A stretch of 62,236 nucleotides of DNA, counting the filler. It is 4 parts of 4 records of this genome, joined end to end, with 100 filler letters (N's around TTAATTAATTAA, not from the genome) between each part and the next. Parts side by side here need not be neighbours in the genome. Positions count along the whole stretch, not along the records: positions 35,528 to 49,326 come from SRR20825019_2558; 3 more parts are not named here. One strand, given 5' to 3'. Below the pieces are notes generated by a model that worked only from the letters and a program-made list of their open reading frames with translations, was not told the DNA's origin and made no database searches. A program made the position numbers and the translations under genes. How positions within the stretch are numbered: position 1 is the first letter of the stretch; the number at the start of each line of letters is the position of its first letter. Below, piece after piece: positions 38,165 through 48,156 of this stretch.

Positions 38165-38710
38165 TTATTGGTTTCCGCGCTTCAGATGCTCGTCAAGACG
38201 GGGCATGATTTCGACGAAATTGCAGGGGCGGCTGCGATAATCGAACTGTTTTTCGAGAATGCCGTCCCATGCATCCTTGCAGGCCCCCGGGGAGCCCGGC
38301 AATACAAAAATGAAAGTGGAGCCGCTTAGACCGGCCATGGCGCGTGACTGAACCGTCGAAGTCCCTATTTTTTCAAAGGATATGCGATGAAAAATAGCTG
38401 AAAAGCCGTCCATCCGCTTTTCAAGAAGGGGTTCTATCGCGTCGGGTGTCACATCACGTCCGGTAAAGCCGGTTCCCCCGGTCGTTAAAACCACATCAAC
38501 CGAAGTTGACGCACACCAGTGCGCAACGGTTTCGGAAATGGCGTCACGGTCATCGGTCACGATTCGGCGCTCTGCCAGAATATGGCCTGCTTTTTCGATC
38601 CGCGTTTGCAGTGTATCTCCGGATTTGTCGTCCTCCAGGCTTCGGCTGTCGGATACCGTCAGTACGGCAAAACGCACGGGGATAAAGGGCCTGTCCTGTT
38701 GCTTAGTCAT
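38165..38710 (-). CDS. moaB: Molybdenum cofactor biosynthesis protein B
   Basis: VLTVSDSR, TTGGTGFTGRDVTP, LPGSPGAC, RPCNF. Confidence 0.92.
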   Translation of the reverse strand: MTKQQDRPFIPVRFAVLTVSDSRSLEDDKSGDTLQTRIEKAGHILAERRIVTDDRDAISETVAHWCASTSVDVVLTTGGTGFTGRDVTPDAIEPLLEKRMDGFSAIFHRISFEKIGTSTVQSRAMAGLSGSTFIFVLPGSPGACKDAWDGILEKQFDYRSRPCNFVEIMPRLDEHLKRGNQ

Positions 38711-38713
38711 TGA

Positions 38714-39619
38714 TCACTCTCCCGAAGAAACGGTCTTTACCGACACCACAAACCACTGAGGCTGGGCAGTTTTCACATGTGCAGCGGCCTCTTGCGCCGT
38801 GTCCATATCGTTGTAAAGGCCGAAACATGTTGCACCGGAGCCGGACATGCGCACCAGGCTGGCGCCGGTTGCGGAAAGTGTATCCAGTACAGACCCGATT
38901 AAAGGCGCGATGCTGCGCGCGGGAAGCGCCAGATCGTTTCGGCTTGCGGCAATCAGGCCGCGCCAGCCATCAGCGCTTTCCGGCGGGAGCCCCTCAAAAA
39001 GAGGCGTGTTGCGTTTATGCTCAAGCGCCTGAAAGACGGCAGGTGTCGGAACCGGTATCAGCGGGTTGGCCAGCACCATGAAAAGTGCCGGAAATTTCTT
39101 GGCCTGCACAATATCCTCGCCGATGCCGCGGGCAACCAATGGAGTGCCTGCAAGGCACATCGGCACGTCGGCACCAAGTATAAGGCCAAGTCTGTCAGGA
39201 GTGGCAATATCCGGCGTCACCTGCCAGAACTTTGCGAGCCCGCGCAAGGTTGCGGCTGCATCTGCGGAACCGCCGCCGATACCGGCAGCAAGCGGCAGGT
39301 CTTTCTTCAGGTGAATGTGAACCGGCGGGCAGGCAGATCCGGAGGCCCGCGCCATTGCACGAAGTGCGTTTCGGGCCTTTAGGACAAGGTTGCCGTGTTC
39401 CGGATCATCCGTGCGTGGAATATCATCGGCAAATGAACCCGAAACGCTGAAACGGTCCTCATCGGAAGCTTCGAACATCAGACTGTCGCCAAAATCGGCA
39501 AAGGTCACCAGCGACTCGAGGAGATGATAACCATCACCACGCTGGCCGGTTACATGCAGTGCCAGATTGATCTTGGCCGGAGCCTGTTCCTCAAGGCGCA
39601 AGCCGCCGGTTGTGGTCAA
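38714..39619 (-). CDS. ispE: CDP-ME kinase
   Basis: APAKINLALH, GYHLLES, AAGIGGGSADAA, GADVP, MSGSG. Confidence 0.95.
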   Translation of the reverse strand: MTTTGGLRLEEQAPAKINLALHVTGQRGDGYHLLESLVTFADFGDSLMFEASDEDRFSVSGSFADDIPRTDDPEHGNLVLKARNALRAMARASGSACPPVHIHLKKDLPLAAGIGGGSADAAATLRGLAKFWQVTPDIATPDRLGLILGADVPMCLAGTPLVARGIGEDIVQAKKFPALFMVLANPLIPVPTPAVFQALEHKRNTPLFEGLPPESADGWRGLIAASRNDLALPARSIAPLIGSVLDTLSATGASLVRMSGSGATCFGLYNDMDTAQEAAAHVKTAQPQWFVVSVKTVSSGE

Positions 39620-41439
39620 GGTGTATTGACGGCATCCTGACCACCGTCTCCCTTGGGCGCTTCGACAAGCGGTGACGCTCCATCACTGTCCTGCGGTAAA
39701 CCGTCTGCAATCTTTGCTTCAATTTTGGGGATCTGATCATCTGCCGGCTCCAGCGCCAGTGCCTTGTTCCACTGATAGATCGCTTCCAGTTTACGCCCGA
39801 CCTGCCAGTAGGCATCGCCGAGGTGATCATTGATCGTCGGGTCAGCTGTATCGAGCTGCGCGGCCCGTTCAAGCTCCGTTACAGCATCCTGATAGCGCCC
39901 CAGGCGATAATAGGCCCAGCCAAGCGAATCGACGATGTAGCCGTCATCGGGGTTCTGATCGACGGCCTGTTGAATGAGGTCCAGCCCTTCTTCCAGATTG
40001 ATGCCCTGATCAATCCAGGAATAGCCGAGATAGTTCAGAACCTGTGGCTGGTCGGGATAAAGCTCAAGAGCCTTCTCAAAGTTCGGCTCGGCTTTGTCCC
40101 ATTGTTTCAGGCGTTCATAGGCAATGCCGCGTCGGTAGAAAATACCCCAGTCCTCACGCGTCGGTACAGGACCGATAGCCGCTACAGCCCGGTCGAGAAC
40201 CTCTGCCATTTCGGCAAACTTTTTCTGCCCGGAATAGACTGCTGAAAGCGCCAGATAACCGCGCCTGTCATCGGGTAGTTCGTCAACCAGCGCCGTAAGC
40301 TGCGTTTCCGCTTCCGAAAGACGATCCAGATCGGCCAGAACAAGACCGCGTTGCAGCTCGGCAAGGCGGTATTGCGGGGCATCGGGACCGATACGGCTGA
40401 AATAGGTCAGCGCCCGCGGTGCATCCTTGTCACGGATAGCCAGTGTGCCGCGCAGATAGAGAATATCCGGTTCGGCAGGCGTCAGCGTGTTGGCAAGCGC
40501 CAGGTAAAGCGATGTTATTTCATCGCCGCCGCCCTGACTGAGCGCCGAGGCTAGCTGAAAAAGAACGCCGGATGCGCCTTCAACGACGCTGTCGACCTGC
40601 CCATCAAGCGGTATGCCGGCTTCAATCTTTTCGCGCAGTGGATCAAGGATCGCGTCGTTGATGCCGTAGGTTTCGGCAACAGAAATCGAGTCCAGTGCCC
40701 TGCGGGTATTGCCTGCTTTTTGCTCAAGCGTTGCAAGCGCGATAGCTGTGCGCAGCATGGTGTCCGGTGAGGTTGCACCCCCCTGACGATCGACAACAGC
40801 ATTGTTGAAGTAAGTCCGTGCGCGATCCGTCTCACCTGCGAATGCGGCGATGGCACCAGCATTGTAATTTTTGAACAAGGCGTACCATGGTGGACCGGAG
40901 AGCGCGTCGAGGTTTGCAAACGCCTGATCCGTCTCGCCCTTGCCTGCAAGTGTCCAGGCTTCAAGCAATGCTCCGATCAACTGGTCGAGATCGCTACCGC
41001 CATAAGCCTGAAAATGTTCAATGGCGTTGTCGTAGTTTTCATGGTTGAGCGCGCTCAGTCCGTTGATAAGGTCACTCAGCGGCTCGAGCTGCGGGTTGGT
41101 GGAGATCTTTTTCGATTGTGCCGCTGCCCCGTCCAGATCACCATTGAAGGCCAGTGCAATAAAAAGCTGGTCATTGGTGTTGGTATCATCCGGGGCGAAC
41201 TGCAAGGCACGCCGGAAATAGGCAATGGCATTGGTCAGATCATCCTGATTGGCTGCTGATTGCGCGGCAAGAAGAGCACCGGCAAAACTTCCGGTCAGTT
41301 GGGGCGTGAAGGTTGCAGCATTACTGCTGTCACCGGCGGCAAAGGCGTCTATTGGCGCTTGCATCAGCACTATGGCCGCGGCAGCGGCCATGAGCGTCTT
41401 TTTGAGATTGCGCTTCAACGGATTGGTTCTTTTCATCAA
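39616..41439 (-). CDS. Periplasmic TPR-repeat protein
   Basis: Signal peptide, LNYLGYSW, DSLGWAYY, HLGDAYW; upstream of ispE. Confidence 0.88.
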   Translation of the reverse strand: MMKRTNPLKRNLKKTLMAAAAAIVLMQAPIDAFAAGDSSNAATFTPQLTGSFAGALLAAQSAANQDDLTNAIAYFRRALQFAPDDTNTNDQLFIALAFNGDLDGAAAQSKKISTNPQLEPLSDLINGLSALNHENYDNAIEHFQAYGGSDLDQLIGALLEAWTLAGKGETDQAFANLDALSGPPWYALFKNYNAGAIAAFAGETDRARTYFNNAVVDRQGGATSPDTMLRTAIALATLEQKAGNTRRALDSISVAETYGINDAILDPLREKIEAGIPLDGQVDSVVEGASGVLFQLASALSQGGGDEITSLYLALANTLTPAEPDILYLRGTLAIRDKDAPRALTYFSRIGPDAPQYRLAELQRGLVLADLDRLSEAETQLTALVDELPDDRRGYLALSAVYSGQKKFAEMAEVLDRAVAAIGPVPTREDWGIFYRRGIAYERLKQWDKAEPNFEKALELYPDQPQVLNYLGYSWIDQGINLEEGLDLIQQAVDQNPDDGYIVDSLGWAYYRLGRYQDAVTELERAAQLDTADPTINDHLGDAYWQVGRKLEAIYQWNKALALEPADDQIPKIEAKIADGLPQDSDGASPLVEAPKGDGGQDAVNTP

Positions 41440-41547
41440 AAACCCTTCTCAAACAGAGCTTAAAGCGCCTTGGCCGTGAGTGGCGCGGTTCATTTTTTCT
41501 GCAAAAGTCGCGGACATGCCAAGCCGCCGGTCCGCCCGGAAAACAAC

Positions 41548-42564
41548 TTAACTGATACGGGCGATGCAGAAATCGATAACCTCCAGCAATGCGTTCCGGA
41601 CCTGCGTGTCGGGTGCGAAATTGAGCGCTTCCCGCGCTGCTTCACCGTATTGCAGCGCCAAGGCAACGCAATCGTCCAAAGCCCCATGCCGGATGATCAG
41701 ACCACGCGCCCGTTCAAGCGCCACCTCATCATTCTTGCCGTCTTCCATGGCCTGGCGCCAGAAGGCTTTTTCTTCTTCATCGCCGCGCTGATAAGCCAGA
41801 ATGACCGGCATTGTGATCTTGCCCTCGCGGAAATCGTCACCGACATTCTTTCCGAGATCGGCGCTGGACCCGCCGTAATCCAGAACATCATCAACGAGTT
41901 GAAAGGCCAGGCCGAGATTCATTCCATAATCGCGTAAAGCCCGTTGCGCCTCGGCCGGCGCTCCGGCGATGATGGGGCCGACTTCGGCAGCGGCGGCAAA
42001 AAGCTCGGCAGTCTTGCCGCGAATAACGGCGATGTAATCGTCCTGTGTGGTCTCCATTTTCTTGGAAACGGAAAGCTGGAAAACCTCACCTTCGGCAATC
42101 AGGGCGGCAGCATCCGAGAGCACGCGCAGCGCTTCCATCGAACCTGTTTCAACCATCATGCGAAAAGCCTGTCCCAGAAGGAAGTCCCCAACCAGAACGC
42201 TGGCCTGATTGCCCCAGATCATGCGGGCGCTGGATTTGCCGCGCCGGAGGTCGCTTTCGTCAACAACGTCGTCGTGAAGCAGGGTCGCGGTGTGCATGAA
42301 TTCGACGCTGGTGGCCAGCCGGACATGCGAATCACCTTCATAACCGAACATCTGTGCTGTTGCGAGTGTCAGCATCGGACGCAGGCGCTTGCCACCTGAC
42401 GAGATCAGATGATTGGCAACTTCCGGAATCATCTCAACGTCAGAACCTGCCTTGGACAGGATCAGCGCGTTCACGCGTTCCATATCTTGCCTGGTCAGGT
42501 CGACGATGGGCTTGACCGAGCCGGATGGTTTGTTTTCTTGTGCTAGCGGTGTAACGGCGCCCAA
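41548..42564 (-). CDS. ispB: Polyprenyl-diphosphate synthase
   Basis: GGKRLRP, LLHDDVVD, FQLVDD, DDFREGK; TTG start with an AGGAG RBS. Confidence 0.9.
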   Translation of the reverse strand: MGAVTPLAQENKPSGSVKPIVDLTRQDMERVNALILSKAGSDVEMIPEVANHLISSGGKRLRPMLTLATAQMFGYEGDSHVRLATSVEFMHTATLLHDDVVDESDLRRGKSSARMIWGNQASVLVGDFLLGQAFRMMVETGSMEALRVLSDAAALIAEGEVFQLSVSKKMETTQDDYIAVIRGKTAELFAAAAEVGPIIAGAPAEAQRALRDYGMNLGLAFQLVDDVLDYGGSSADLGKNVGDDFREGKITMPVILAYQRGDEEEKAFWRQAMEDGKNDEVALERARGLIIRHGALDDCVALALQYGEAAREALNFAPDTQVRNALLEVIDFCIARIS

Positions 42565-42667
42565 GGCTACTCGCTCCTGTTGATATATTTGAGGCAGACA
42601 ATAGGCAGCGGGGCCATGAGCGACAAGAGGTAAATTGTTTCTTTTCAATGAAAAGGCGGTGAGTAAC

Positions 42668-42898
42668 GTGGCCCTTATCAATCTTATGCGGACCAATGAC
42701 GCGGTCGTTCTCGGCCTCGCTGAAAGTCTCCTGAAGGATGCAGGCATTCATTTTTTCGTGGCTGACCGGGCGATGAGCGTCACCGAGGGCTCGCTCGGGC
42801 TTTTGCCGCGGCGGCTGATGGTCGATGACGGTATGATTGACGAGGCGCGTACGCTTCTGACTGAAGCCGGGCTGGGCAGGGAGCTTGATCCTGAATGA
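42668..42898 (+). CDS. DUF2007-like small protein
   Basis: LMRTNDAV..LLKDAGI..EGSLGLLPRR; overlaps the methyltransferase start. Confidence 0.75.
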   Translation: MALINLMRTNDAVVLGLAESLLKDAGIHFFVADRAMSVTEGSLGLLPRRLMVDDGMIDEARTLLTEAGLGRELDPE

Positions 42899-43698
42899 TG
42901 GCTTCGCACGCAAGTGATCCGGCCGCAGTAACGGTCGATGCCTTTCATCGTGGACGCTTTTACCTGAAGCAACCCAAGGGACGCGGGCATCGCGCCGGAA
43001 TGGATGCCATGCTTCTGGCCTCGATGGTGGACGCGGTTGGCCCGGTAAAGGTTGCAGATCTCGGCGCCGGTGCCGGTGCTGCCGGTTTTGCAGTTGCAGC
43101 ACGCCTGCAGGAGGCCGAGGCGAGCTTGTTCGAGCTTTCTGAAGAAATGCTGGCCTATGCACAATCGTCGCTTGAGTTGCCGCAGAACGCCGGTATCGCA
43201 ATGCGGATCAGCCTCTTTCACGCAGATGTGACGGCAAGAGGCAGTGCCCGCAATAGCGTGGGTTTGGCGGACGGCAGCTTCGATCACGTTATTATGAACC
43301 CGCCCTTCAATGACGGATCTGACCGCAAGACGCCCGATCCACTGAAGCAGACGGCTCATGCCATGGGGGAAGGGCTTTTTGATGCCTGGATACGCACCGC
43401 CGGCGCCATTTTAAAGCCGGGCGGGCAGCTTTCACTGATCGCCCGCCCGGAATCCATTGCCGAAATCATTGCCGCCTGCGGGCGCCGTTTCGGTGGTCTG
43501 GAGATCACGCCGGTCCATCCGCATGAAAACGAAAACGCATTTCGCGTGCTCGTTTCCGGGATCAAGGGATCGCGGGCCCGGCTTGTCATCCGTGCGCCTT
43601 TGACAATGCACGCGCCTGGAAGCCACGCCTTTCTTCCAGCTGTCGATAACATGAATAACGGCCGGGCGGCTTATCGCCGCGCCAGCCGAAGAGCCTGA
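42895..43698 (+). CDS. TrmN6/YfiC-like adenine-N6 methyltransferase
   Basis: DAMLLA, DLGAGAG, MNPPF, LKPGG. Confidence 0.85.
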   Translation: MMASHASDPAAVTVDAFHRGRFYLKQPKGRGHRAGMDAMLLASMVDAVGPVKVADLGAGAGAAGFAVAARLQEAEASLFELSEEMLAYAQSSLELPQNAGIAMRISLFHADVTARGSARNSVGLADGSFDHVIMNPPFNDGSDRKTPDPLKQTAHAMGEGLFDAWIRTAGAILKPGGQLSLIARPESIAEIIAACGRRFGGLEITPVHPHENENAFRVLVSGIKGSRARLVIRAPLTMHAPGSHAFLPAVDNMNNGRAAYRRASRRA

Positions 43699-43711
43699 AG
43701 AAACACGTTGT

Positions 43712-44224
43712 TTACCTGCTGACGATTGCGCGCAGCATCCAGAGCGCTTTTTCGTGGAAGGTCAGTCGCTGGGTCAGCATGTCTTCTGTCACCAGATCGT
43801 TGGCGTCTCCTGCCTTTTTACCGGCCTGGCGCATGGCGCGTACGGCTTCTTCATGGTCGCGGATCAGATCATTGATCATGTCTTCTGCCGTCAGATTGGC
43901 GATTGCCTTTCCAGAAGGCGAAAACGCGGCTGCATCGGCTACGCGCTCGGGAGCAAGAAAGCCGATGGCACGGACGCGCTCGGCAATGGTATCGGTTGCT
44001 TCAAAGAGCGCGTTATAATGCTCCTCGGTCAATTCGTGCAGCGATCGGAACAGCGGGCCGACAACATTCCAATGGTAGATATGGCTTTTGATCGTAAGTT
44101 TATAGGTGGTTGCCAGAATATCCGAGAGGCTGTCGGCCATTTCAGAGCGGTACTGTTCGGAAAGGCCGGTATTGAGCGTGCTTTCATGCGTTTCCGGTTT
44201 CAATACATTTGCCGCAGTGGCCAT
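43712..44224 (-). CDS. dps: Dps family protein
   Basis: HIYHWNVVG, LHELTE, DTIAER, HEKALWML. Confidence 0.9.
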   Translation of the reverse strand: MATAANVLKPETHESTLNTGLSEQYRSEMADSLSDILATTYKLTIKSHIYHWNVVGPLFRSLHELTEEHYNALFEATDTIAERVRAIGFLAPERVADAAAFSPSGKAIANLTAEDMINDLIRDHEEAVRAMRQAGKKAGDANDLVTEDMLTQRLTFHEKALWMLRAIVSR

Positions 44225-44256
44225 GTTATTTCTCCTTTCGTTGCATTTGACAGGCT

Positions 44257-44282
44257 AACGGCAATCCGCGACGGGTTGTTCC
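44257..44282 (-). promoter_or_regulatory. EcfG/RpoE2-type promoter for dps
   Basis: GGAAC-N17-CGTT on the minus strand. Confidence 0.75.
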
Positions 44283-44318
44283 CGCGATATGATAGCGAAA
44301 ACAAAATTGAAATCGGGC

Positions 44319-44343
44319 GGAACTTATGATGGTTGAAGGCGTT
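44319..44343 (+). promoter_or_regulatory. EcfG/RpoE2-type promoter for the HWE kinase
   Basis: GGAAC-N16-CGTT. Confidence 0.7.
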
Positions 44344-44460
44344 AAGTGCTCAGATTGATCGCGATTATGTCAAAACCCGGCGCTGGCGATTATCTTCTGC
44401 AAAAAAAAGACGATTGGCCTATTTCCCCGGCCTGAAAGGGAATGAAGAGCGCAAGAACCC

Positions 44461-45966
44461 GTGGAACATTTACCGGCCGATCTGGTCAAATCGATCAAGG
44501 ATGAAAAAAGACTGGAAACCCTGTCGCACTCCATCATGCGCTCCGGGCAGGAGGATGATGATTTTGTCGCGATTGTAGAGGCCGCCGCACAGAGGTTCTC
44601 TGCTCCTTCTGCAATTATTCTGATAGCTGATTGTGACGAAAACTGGGTGCAGGCTGTTCATGGCATGGATATCGCTGAAGTGCCCACGCGCTCCGGCCTG
44701 TTCGTTTATCCCCTCGCGCTTGAAAATGAACCCGCAATGGTCGTCAATAATCCGGCGCATGATGAAACGCTTGCTCCGTCAGTTCCCAGGATTGATGGCA
44801 GACGAGTGAAGTTTTTTGCCGGTGCTCCGATCCGGGTTCACGGCGTGAAAGCAGGAACCCTTTGTGTGGTCGATACAGAAAAGCACAAGGGTTTGTCGAG
44901 CGAAGATGACGAAGCTATGGCTCGGCTGGCCGGTCTTGCCGGATCTCTCTATGAGTTGAAACATGCAGCACGCGGAAAGTGGCAAGCCGACCGGGCCTTG
45001 CAGCGGGCACAGCGCCGCCATTCGCTGGCGCTGAAAGCCGCCAATATTGCCGCCTGGAGTTGGGATGGAGACGGTGAAATCATTGAGTGTGATGATGCCC
45101 TGCGGGCACTCCTGGACCTTCCCGCCGGTCAGCCTGTCACCCTCAAAAGCTTTGCTGGAGCTGTAGCGCCGGAGATGCGTTTTGCAGCGATCCGGCAATT
45201 TCGCCGTGCCCTGGAGCGTGGTGAGGAATATCAGTTCGAATTCAGGGTGCCGTCCACCGGACGGTGGTTGCTCTCGCTTGGTGGCTCATATGATGGCGCT
45301 GTGGCCGATAACGAGGGCGGGGCCGTTTTCGGCGCGGTCGTGGATATTACCAACACAAAGGAGGCCGAGCAGAAAACCCGTCTTTTGCTGCGCGAACTGA
45401 ATCACCGTGTGAAGAACACTCTGGCAATCGTTCAGTCGATGGCGGGGCAGACGTTGCGCCGATCACGCTCATCCGCAGAGTTCAACATGGCGTTCTCGGG
45501 CCGGTTGCAGGCGTTGTCTGCCGCTCATACATTGCTTTCCGATGAACAGTGGGGCGCCATCGCACTGGATCGTCTGTTGCGATCGCAAATCATGCCATAC
45601 ACAGACAATATCGAACGTCAGATCAATATTCATGGTGATCCGGTTTATCTTGACCCCGATGAGGCTCTGGCGCTTGGCATGGTAATGCATGAACTGGCCA
45701 GCAATGCGGCCAAATACGGTGCTCTTTCCGTTTCAAGCGGGATTGTGGATATCATCGTCTCCTGTGGTGACGGAGCAGAAGGCGCGTTTCTGGATCTGGA
45801 CTGGGTTGAGGTCGGTGGGCCGCAGGTTCGGCCTCCTGACCAGAAAGGTTTTGGCTCCGTACTGATAGAGCGCAGCCTGGACAAGGTCATCGGCAGCAAA
45901 GTCGAGGTCGAATATGCGGAAAGCGGACTTCAGGTCCATATCAGGATGCCGCTTCGCTTTTGCTGA
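44461..45966 (+). CDS. GAF-PAS-HWE histidine kinase
   Basis: GAF (FFAGAPI..GTLCVVD), ELNHRVKNTL, HELASNAAKYGAL, WVE, GFGS. Confidence 0.9.
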   Translation: MEHLPADLVKSIKDEKRLETLSHSIMRSGQEDDDFVAIVEAAAQRFSAPSAIILIADCDENWVQAVHGMDIAEVPTRSGLFVYPLALENEPAMVVNNPAHDETLAPSVPRIDGRRVKFFAGAPIRVHGVKAGTLCVVDTEKHKGLSSEDDEAMARLAGLAGSLYELKHAARGKWQADRALQRAQRRHSLALKAANIAAWSWDGDGEIIECDDALRALLDLPAGQPVTLKSFAGAVAPEMRFAAIRQFRRALERGEEYQFEFRVPSTGRWLLSLGGSYDGAVADNEGGAVFGAVVDITNTKEAEQKTRLLLRELNHRVKNTLAIVQSMAGQTLRRSRSSAEFNMAFSGRLQALSAAHTLLSDEQWGAIALDRLLRSQIMPYTDNIERQINIHGDPVYLDPDEALALGMVMHELASNAAKYGALSVSSGIVDIIVSCGDGAEGAFLDLDWVEVGGPQVRPPDQKGFGSVLIERSLDKVIGSKVEVEYAESGLQVHIRMPLRFC

Positions 45967-46011
45967 TACACGCCCTTCTTTTCCCCGTTTCCTCTTTTTT
46001 GAAGTATGCAT

Positions 46012-46036
46012 GGAACAACAATCATGCGGTGACGTT
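46012..46036 (+). promoter_or_regulatory. EcfG/RpoE2-type promoter for the PRC-barrel gene
   Basis: GGAAC-N16-CGTT. Confidence 0.75.
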
Positions 46037-46111
46037 TTTAAAGTATAGGGAAGGACGAAAAAAAGAATAAAATGTCCCTTATATTTATAATAAAAATGAG
46101 AGGAGTACTCG

Positions 46112-47155
46112 ATGCTTCGTAATATTCTTTCCACAACAGCTATTATCGCACTTGTTTCTGCTGGCGCTGTACATGCACAGGATGCCGCAAATAATGACAT
46201 GAAAGCCATGCAGAATGAATCCGGCGCGGCGATGGAAAGCGGTACTCAGCGTGTATTCCCGGATATGCAAGCCGACAACACCGCCGAAGACTTTCTGGGA
46301 ACGAGCGAGACACAGGTTCTTGCCAGTTCACTTCTGGGGTGGCCGATCTACAGTTCAGCTTCTGCTGCCGGCGAAATGGACCAGGTCGGTGATGTAAACG
46401 ACATCGTATTGGGGGCTGATGGCAACGCAACGGCAGTCGTGATCGGCGTTGGTGGTTTCCTTGGTGTCGGTGAAAAGGATGTTGCCGTGTCCTTCGATCG
46501 GTTGAGTTGGAAGCAGGGCGAGGAAGGCAACTGGCTTTTGGTCAGTGCTTCACGCGAGGAGCTCGAAAACGCACCGGAATTTGAAACGTCCGGCACCAAT
46601 GTGATGCGCGTTGGCGCCATCAACACCAAAGCGATGAAGGAAAGTGCGGACAATGCGGCTGATCGGGTGGGGAACGCCGCCAACAATGCCTATAACGAGC
46701 TTTCAGATGGCATGTCTGACATGGCTGACAGTGCTTCCTCGGCAATGAATAATGCCTCGGAGCGGCTCGACCGGACCGCTGACAATATGGGGCAGTCGGA
46801 AGGTGTGGCCGACAGTCTGATCCTGGATGGCATGAAGCCGGTTAATATGGAAACGGTATCATTTGCTCAGCTACAGGGCGCACCGGTTCTGAGTGCGGAT
46901 AACAATCGTGTGGGCGAGGTATCGGAAGTTGTTATGCGCGATGGTCAGTCCGAGCATGTTCTGATTGTCGACGTTGGCGGCTTTCTGGGTATTGGTGAAA
47001 AGCCGATCGCCATTGCCGCAAGCGCAATCCAGGTCATGAGCGACGGTAACGAATACGCCGTCATGACGGAATTTAACCGCCAGACGCTGGAAAACCAGGA
47101 AGCCTATTCGGAAGAAAGGCTGCAAAACAATACTGATAATGTGCTTCTGAAATAA
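46112..47155 (+). CDS. Exported protein with two PRC-barrel domains
   Basis: Signal peptide; VGGFLG.GEK motif twice. Confidence 0.88.
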   Translation: MLRNILSTTAIIALVSAGAVHAQDAANNDMKAMQNESGAAMESGTQRVFPDMQADNTAEDFLGTSETQVLASSLLGWPIYSSASAAGEMDQVGDVNDIVLGADGNATAVVIGVGGFLGVGEKDVAVSFDRLSWKQGEEGNWLLVSASREELENAPEFETSGTNVMRVGAINTKAMKESADNAADRVGNAANNAYNELSDGMSDMADSASSAMNNASERLDRTADNMGQSEGVADSLILDGMKPVNMETVSFAQLQGAPVLSADNNRVGEVSEVVMRDGQSEHVLIVDVGGFLGIGEKPIAIAASAIQVMSDGNEYAVMTEFNRQTLENQEAYSEERLQNNTDNVLLK

Positions 47156-47192
47156 AAACCCGTCGCCGCACAATCAGCATATTCTTTTCAAC

Positions 47193-47228
47193 GAAGGGCC
47201 GGTGGCGTTCGCGTCACGGGCCTTTTTC
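47193..47228 (+). terminator. Probable intrinsic terminator
   Basis: GC-rich imperfect hairpin followed by TTTTT between convergent genes. Confidence 0.5.
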
Positions 47229-47261
47229 TGCAGTATTGGCGATTGCTTTACGATGTGCCCT

Positions 47262-47939
47262 TTACCGATGCCAGAGGCCATCATCGCCGCGCTTCAGAAC
47301 CGGCGTCGGAAAGGCGGTGTAAACCCGTTTCGTCAGATCAGCATCATGTTCGGCAAAAGCATGATGCGATTTTTCCGATTGCAGCATGGCGGCGGCGATC
47401 GCAACCGGGCGAATGCCACATTTTTCCAGAAGCTGAAGCCCGGCCAGCATGGAGCGCCCCGACGAGATGACATCATCGACGAGCACCACGCGTTTGCCTT
47501 CCAGCAGCGGCAACATGCGGGGATCGATGAACAGGTTCTTCTGTTGATCCGGTGTTGTGACCGATGAAAGAGGAACCGACAGGTCTTCCTCATACCAGAA
47601 TTTGCGTGATGTGCCGAATGGCACATAGCGGTCATGGCCAAGCGCTTCAGCCAGCGGTGCAGCAAGTGTCAGTCCGAGCGTCGGCAATCCGGCGATGATG
47701 TCAGGTTTCAAGGGAGCCAGTTGTTTTGCGAGATCCTGTGCCAATGCATTGACCACGCTGAATGCAGCCTGGTTGACAATCAGCGAGGCAAGCGCCGACG
47801 TGCCGTCACGCAACGGACGGATTGGTAAAAGCAACTGACGGCCATCTGCCATAATTGCCGGATAGGCCTTATCAAAAGGCCCGCTGGGATCAAGGGTGCC
47901 TGGAGGCAGCAGGGACTGCCAGAAGTCGTGAGGTTGCAT
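47262..47939 (-). CDS. Type I phosphoribosyltransferase
   Basis: VVLVDDVISSGRS PRPP motif; start set at MQPHDFWQ. Confidence 0.85.
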   Translation of the reverse strand: MQPHDFWQSLLPPGTLDPSGPFDKAYPAIMADGRQLLLPIRPLRDGTSALASLIVNQAAFSVVNALAQDLAKQLAPLKPDIIAGLPTLGLTLAAPLAEALGHDRYVPFGTSRKFWYEEDLSVPLSSVTTPDQQKNLFIDPRMLPLLEGKRVVLVDDVISSGRSMLAGLQLLEKCGIRPVAIAAAMLQSEKSHHAFAEHDADLTKRVYTAFPTPVLKRGDDGLWHR

Positions 47940-48156
47940 GCGAATAATCTCGTTTGCAGTGTGTGAACTATCTGCTTTTGCTGTATTTGCCGGACAGATA
48001 TTGTACGGCCAGTGTCGCGGAAAGCCTTCTTGTGCTTGTAATATAGCTTCGCTAACCAGCACTTAACATGGGGCTAGCACGATAGCGCATGTGCATGGAC
48101 CTTTGCCGTCTGGTTCGGTTAAATAGCGGCAAGCACAGGGGACCGGTGGAGACTGT

